Shown here one piece after another: positions 60,721 to 64,000 of a stretch of 64,000 nucleotides of DNA. Within the stretch, counting starts at the first letter, position 1. Every line of letters starts with the position of its first letter. The position numbers and the translations under genes were made by a program. This DNA comes from a virus (Duplodnaviria; Caudoviricetes), in the IMG/VR virus record IMGVR_UViG_3300013947_000019, positions 64,001-128,000 of that record; one strand, written 5' to 3'. The notes beneath the pieces are model-generated. The model made no database searches. It saw only the letters and a list, made by a program, of their open reading frames with translations, and was not told the DNA's origin.

Positions 60721-60733
60721 TTATTAATCTGTT
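60721..60733 (-). promoter_or_regulatory. putative late promoter
   Basis: AACA-GATTAA-TAA. Confidence 0.5.
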
Positions 60734-60763
60734 AGTTACATTTTCAAAAAATAATGGAAACAT

Positions 60764-60795
60764 ATAAGGGGTACCCAATGAAGGGTACCCCTTAT
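60764..60795 (-). terminator. terminator hairpin
   Basis: ATAAGGGGTACCC..GGGTACCCCTTAT. Confidence 0.7.
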
Positions 60796-60799
60796 TTTA

Positions 60800-62068
60800 T
60801 TATTCATCTTCTTTGAATGATTTCCTTACCATCATTTCACGCTTGATGATTTTATCAATTGTATTTGCACACTGTACAAAATTATGCTCATTCCACCCTC
60901 TGGTAGTCATAGCAGGTGTACCAATCCGAACACCAGAACACTGAGAAGGAGAAAGAGTATCATTAGGAATCATATTCTTATTCAATGTAATACCCTTCTT
61001 ATCAAGAAGTTCTTGTACTTCTTTACCAGTCAACCCAGTAGTAGAATATACATCCAGCAAGAACATATGGTTATCCGTTCCATCAGTGATTACATGATAT
61101 CCCAACTGACTAAACCAATCAGCCATTACTCTTGCATTAGCTCGGACTTCTTGAACATACTCTCGATACTCTTTCGTTAACATTTCATTTGCACAGACAG
61201 CTTTGGCCGCAATCATATTCTCAAGAGGACCACCCTGAATACCAGGAAACAATGCAGAGTTAACCTTTTTAGTCCACTCGGGCTTAGTAAAGATAATACC
61301 ACCACGAGGACCACGAGCTAACTTCTGAGAAGTCATGGTAATAATATCAGCATACCCGAAAGGAGACTCTAACAGATCGGTTGAGATTAGACCAGATACA
61401 TGTGCAATATCCGCCAGTACAGGGATATCATATCCCTCAGGAGAATACTCTTTTACAAGATTACACATTCTGATATAATGAATCTGACGACTATAAGCAG
61501 AAGCTCCAATAATGACAAGTTTGATCTTATCACTATATTTGCGAAGCTGCTGCTCAAAGTCATTCATATCAATATATCCTTCGGTGTCCAAACCATATTC
61601 AATGATATTATACAGTTTACCACTGAAAGATACTTTAGCACCATGAGAAAGATGACCACCAGAATTCAGACTCATAGAGAGAATAGTATCACCAGGATTA
61701 CAAGTAGCCATAATAGCTGCCATGTTAGCCTGTGTACCAGAATGAGGCTGTACATTCACATCATAGGTATCTTCGCAATTGAATACCTTCTGCCAACGCT
61801 GCTGGCAATATGTTTCCAGTGCATCAGTAGGACCACAACCTCCATAGTAACGCTTACCAGGATATCCTTCTGCATATTTACTGGTAAGGCTACAAGCCAT
61901 AGCAGCTCTTACTGCAGATGAAGGATAGTTTTCAGATGCGATCAATTCAATATTTTTGAACTGACGATCATCCTCCATTTTAATAATCTTAGCTAATTCT
62001 GCCATACCATTGCCGTTACCATCTTTAAGCATTACCTGGATATATTTATTCAGTTCAAAATAATCCAT
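60800..62068 (-). CDS. glyA: serine hydroxymethyltransferase
   Basis: IELIASEN, KYAEGYPGKRYYGGC, NVQPHSG, GGHLSHG, DIAH, K..RGPRGG, FPGIQGGP, GVRIGTPA. Confidence 0.95.
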   Translation of the reverse strand: MDYFELNKYIQVMLKDGNGNGMAELAKIIKMEDDRQFKNIELIASENYPSSAVRAAMACSLTSKYAEGYPGKRYYGGCGPTDALETYCQQRWQKVFNCEDTYDVNVQPHSGTQANMAAIMATCNPGDTILSMSLNSGGHLSHGAKVSFSGKLYNIIEYGLDTEGYIDMNDFEQQLRKYSDKIKLVIIGASAYSRQIHYIRMCNLVKEYSPEGYDIPVLADIAHVSGLISTDLLESPFGYADIITMTSQKLARGPRGGIIFTKPEWTKKVNSALFPGIQGGPLENMIAAKAVCANEMLTKEYREYVQEVRANARVMADWFSQLGYHVITDGTDNHMFLLDVYSTTGLTGKEVQELLDKKGITLNKNMIPNDTLSPSQCSGVRIGTPAMTTRGWNEHNFVQCANTIDKIIKREMMVRKSFKEDE

Positions 62069-62072
62069 TTTA

Positions 62073-63407
62073 TTAATTCTCCTCTTTAATAATTTTTTCA
62101 GCACGATTAAGAATATTTACTGTATTAGTAGGATTTGTAATAGGAGTCGATACACAAGCCAGACTCTTATTAGAGAATTGAGAAATATTTGTGATATCAT
62201 ATGAGATACCTTTAATAACTTTAATCGGGTCTATTTCGATATTCTGTTTGCGAAGTAAATTAACAATATCACGAGAATTAATAATAGTCATTATACTTGG
62301 ATCATGATATTCGATTTCCATAATATCACAATCCCATTTATCATATGGTTCAGTGAAATAATGATCAATAGAAATCGTATATCTTTCAGTATTCTCTGCA
62401 CCCACTATAAAGTTAGTTCTTAATTTTCTAATAATACGACTACCAGGAATTCGCCAAGCTTTTAAGGTAATGTACGTTTCCTCAGAGATTTCAATTTCAT
62501 TCTCTTCTCTTACACCTCGATCAACAGCAGGACTTTTCTGTGTAAGATAATACTTAACAGAATCTTCTAAAATTGAAGACACTGCTGGAGAAGTAATCTT
62601 TCGTATACGAGTTGTCTTTTTCTTATCAGGATAAGATAAATAAATCTGCTCAATATTCTCTACTGTTTTATATACATTTGTAGCAGAATGTACAATACAG
62701 TTAGATAAATAACCGCAGAACCAGGATCTGACTAAATACCGATTTTCACCTTCCATTGTAGTAGAGTATTCAATGGGTAATCCAATATTCTTTGCTTCAC
62801 TGATGACATTTTGAAGTCTGGCCCAATTATGGCTTGTTTTATCATAATCATAATTATCCAGATCAATATACAATTTACAACAATGACACATTGCCGTTTT
62901 AATCTTTTCCATATCAGCAAATTGAGAACCATTATGTGTGCTTAATACCATATATTTAGCAGACATCTCAATTCTCTTATTGAAAATCTGTTCACTGTTG
63001 TTATTTGCTACATGAAGCATAAGGATGTTGCTGGGAGTTTCTTCTATTAATGGTAGTGATGAAGTTGGTATAAATTTATCAGCGGGATATACCATACGAA
63101 CAAATTCAATATGATATTTATCTTTTGCGTATTCTCTCAGCTTTGTATCTCTCATATTTTGAGAAAGTGTATTTTGATAAATATCATTACATATATAAAC
63201 GATTTTATCCACACATATACCACCAGTAGCATCATTTAAATGATCAAATTCACCCTGAATGATATATTCTTTTTTATCATATGCAGATTTTAGCTGCACA
63301 TAGGTAATTATAAAACTATTAGATGGGTCATCGTAATAACCACCCATAAAGACTAGACCAAGCATACTGACACCAGTATAGTAAGTCATATCATCATTCA
63401 TTGACAT
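62073..63407 (-). CDS. protein with C-terminal CYTH (triphosphate tunnel metalloenzyme) domain
   Basis: EGENRYLV (ExE), IEQIYL, RIRK, YYLTQK, REENEIEIS, RKLR, ISIDHY, IMEIEY. Confidence 0.7.
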   Translation of the reverse strand: MSMNDDMTYYTGVSMLGLVFMGGYYDDPSNSFIITYVQLKSAYDKKEYIIQGEFDHLNDATGGICVDKIVYICNDIYQNTLSQNMRDTKLREYAKDKYHIEFVRMVYPADKFIPTSSLPLIEETPSNILMLHVANNNSEQIFNKRIEMSAKYMVLSTHNGSQFADMEKIKTAMCHCCKLYIDLDNYDYDKTSHNWARLQNVISEAKNIGLPIEYSTTMEGENRYLVRSWFCGYLSNCIVHSATNVYKTVENIEQIYLSYPDKKKTTRIRKITSPAVSSILEDSVKYYLTQKSPAVDRGVREENEIEISEETYITLKAWRIPGSRIIRKLRTNFIVGAENTERYTISIDHYFTEPYDKWDCDIMEIEYHDPSIMTIINSRDIVNLLRKQNIEIDPIKVIKGISYDITNISQFSNKSLACVSTPITNPTNTVNILNRAEKIIKEEN

Positions 63408-63446
63408 AAATATTTCCTCCACCAAAAAATATTTTTATGAAAAGAG

Positions 63447-63472
63447 AGGGAGCGAGATTTCTCCCGCTCCCT
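63447..63472 (-). terminator. terminator hairpin
   Basis: AGGGAGCG..CGCTCCCT. Confidence 0.6.
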
Positions 63473-63481
63473 TTATCTTTA

Positions 63482-63880
63482 TCATCGCGTTACATAAGCA
63501 GCATAAGGAGATTTAACCTTTTGTTGTGCTTTTATATAACGCTTATAATTAGTTCCATTATACCGGAACCCTGTATGACCTTTGAACCAAATGTGACGAG
63601 TTTTATTTCTAAAAACGTCCCATTGGTCACCAAGGTCTTTTTCAAGAAAAGGATAATACATACCATAGTTGTTATTATCCCATTTAATAAACTCTTCAAT
63701 TGAATTGAAGGTTTTCTTGAAATGATAATACTCAGGATACTCATCATATTTTTCCTGAGTAATTCGACCAGCCGATAAAGACATATTTCTGTCAAACTGA
63801 TCTCTTGCTTTTCTATCCACTGGCCTAGCTATTAAACCGCGCTTGTGACGATGTGTTCTTACGCACCTTACAGTAAACAT
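63482..63880 (-). CDS. hypothetical basic protein
   Basis: 132 aa, AAGGAG RBS. Confidence 0.7.
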   Translation of the reverse strand: MFTVRCVRTHRHKRGLIARPVDRKARDQFDRNMSLSAGRITQEKYDEYPEYYHFKKTFNSIEEFIKWDNNNYGMYYPFLEKDLGDQWDVFRNKTRHIWFKGHTGFRYNGTNYKRYIKAQQKVKSPYAAYVTR

Positions 63881-64000
63881 TGACTTTCTCCTTTCGTATT
63901 TATTATTTAATCAGAACTAAGCCTACACGATGCCCACTATGGTATAAGCCCATGTGACACCCATTCGAGACAATTCATTAAGTCTCATCCAACCAATCCA

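Noticed and set aside
61565-61600. LDTEGYIDM in SHMT as another copy of the peptide tag
   Set aside because: Internal, and matches a normal conserved GlyA segment.
1-64000. tRNA, rRNA, CRISPR array, reverse transcriptase/DGR, phage-nucleus shell or tubulin genes
   Set aside because: None recognisable by eye in this window; absence not verified computationally.

Overview
AT-rich, densely coding segment of a phiKZ/AR9(PBS1)-related jumbo myovirus. Strong GGAGG ribosome-binding sites and a peptidoglycan-hydrolase-tipped tape measure suggest a Firmicutes host (inference). It encodes three split multisubunit RNA polymerase subunits: a ~1460-aa virion-type beta-N, a beta'-N and a beta'-C. It also encodes a probable sigma-like specificity subunit, an SF2 helicase, SbcC/Rad50, RusA, dCTP deaminase, SHMT, a CYTH protein, a 3114-aa tape-measure/lysin, baseplate genes and a cluster of paralogous head proteins with xxE|A/S processing sites. 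Two group I introns interrupt RNAP genes at conserved active-site motifs. Their splice junctions can be read from the sequence (4448-5623 with an HNH endonuclease; 45196-45623 without an ORF). Two phage promoter classes are visible: early-type TATATA(C/T)TATA and AR9-like late-type RACA-N6-TA. The most unusual signal is a 12-residue terminal peptide tag, R-D-[EN]-[DEN]-G-F-[IL]-x-L-[IV]-[PH]-[KR], shared by at least four unrelated proteins. It is a candidate phage-specific docking or targeting signal. Also notable: a GC-rich structured element at ~452-650, two putative anti-RBS small RNAs, and a hairpin plus late promoter upstream of both HNH genes. All family assignments are from motif recognition by eye; no searches were run.
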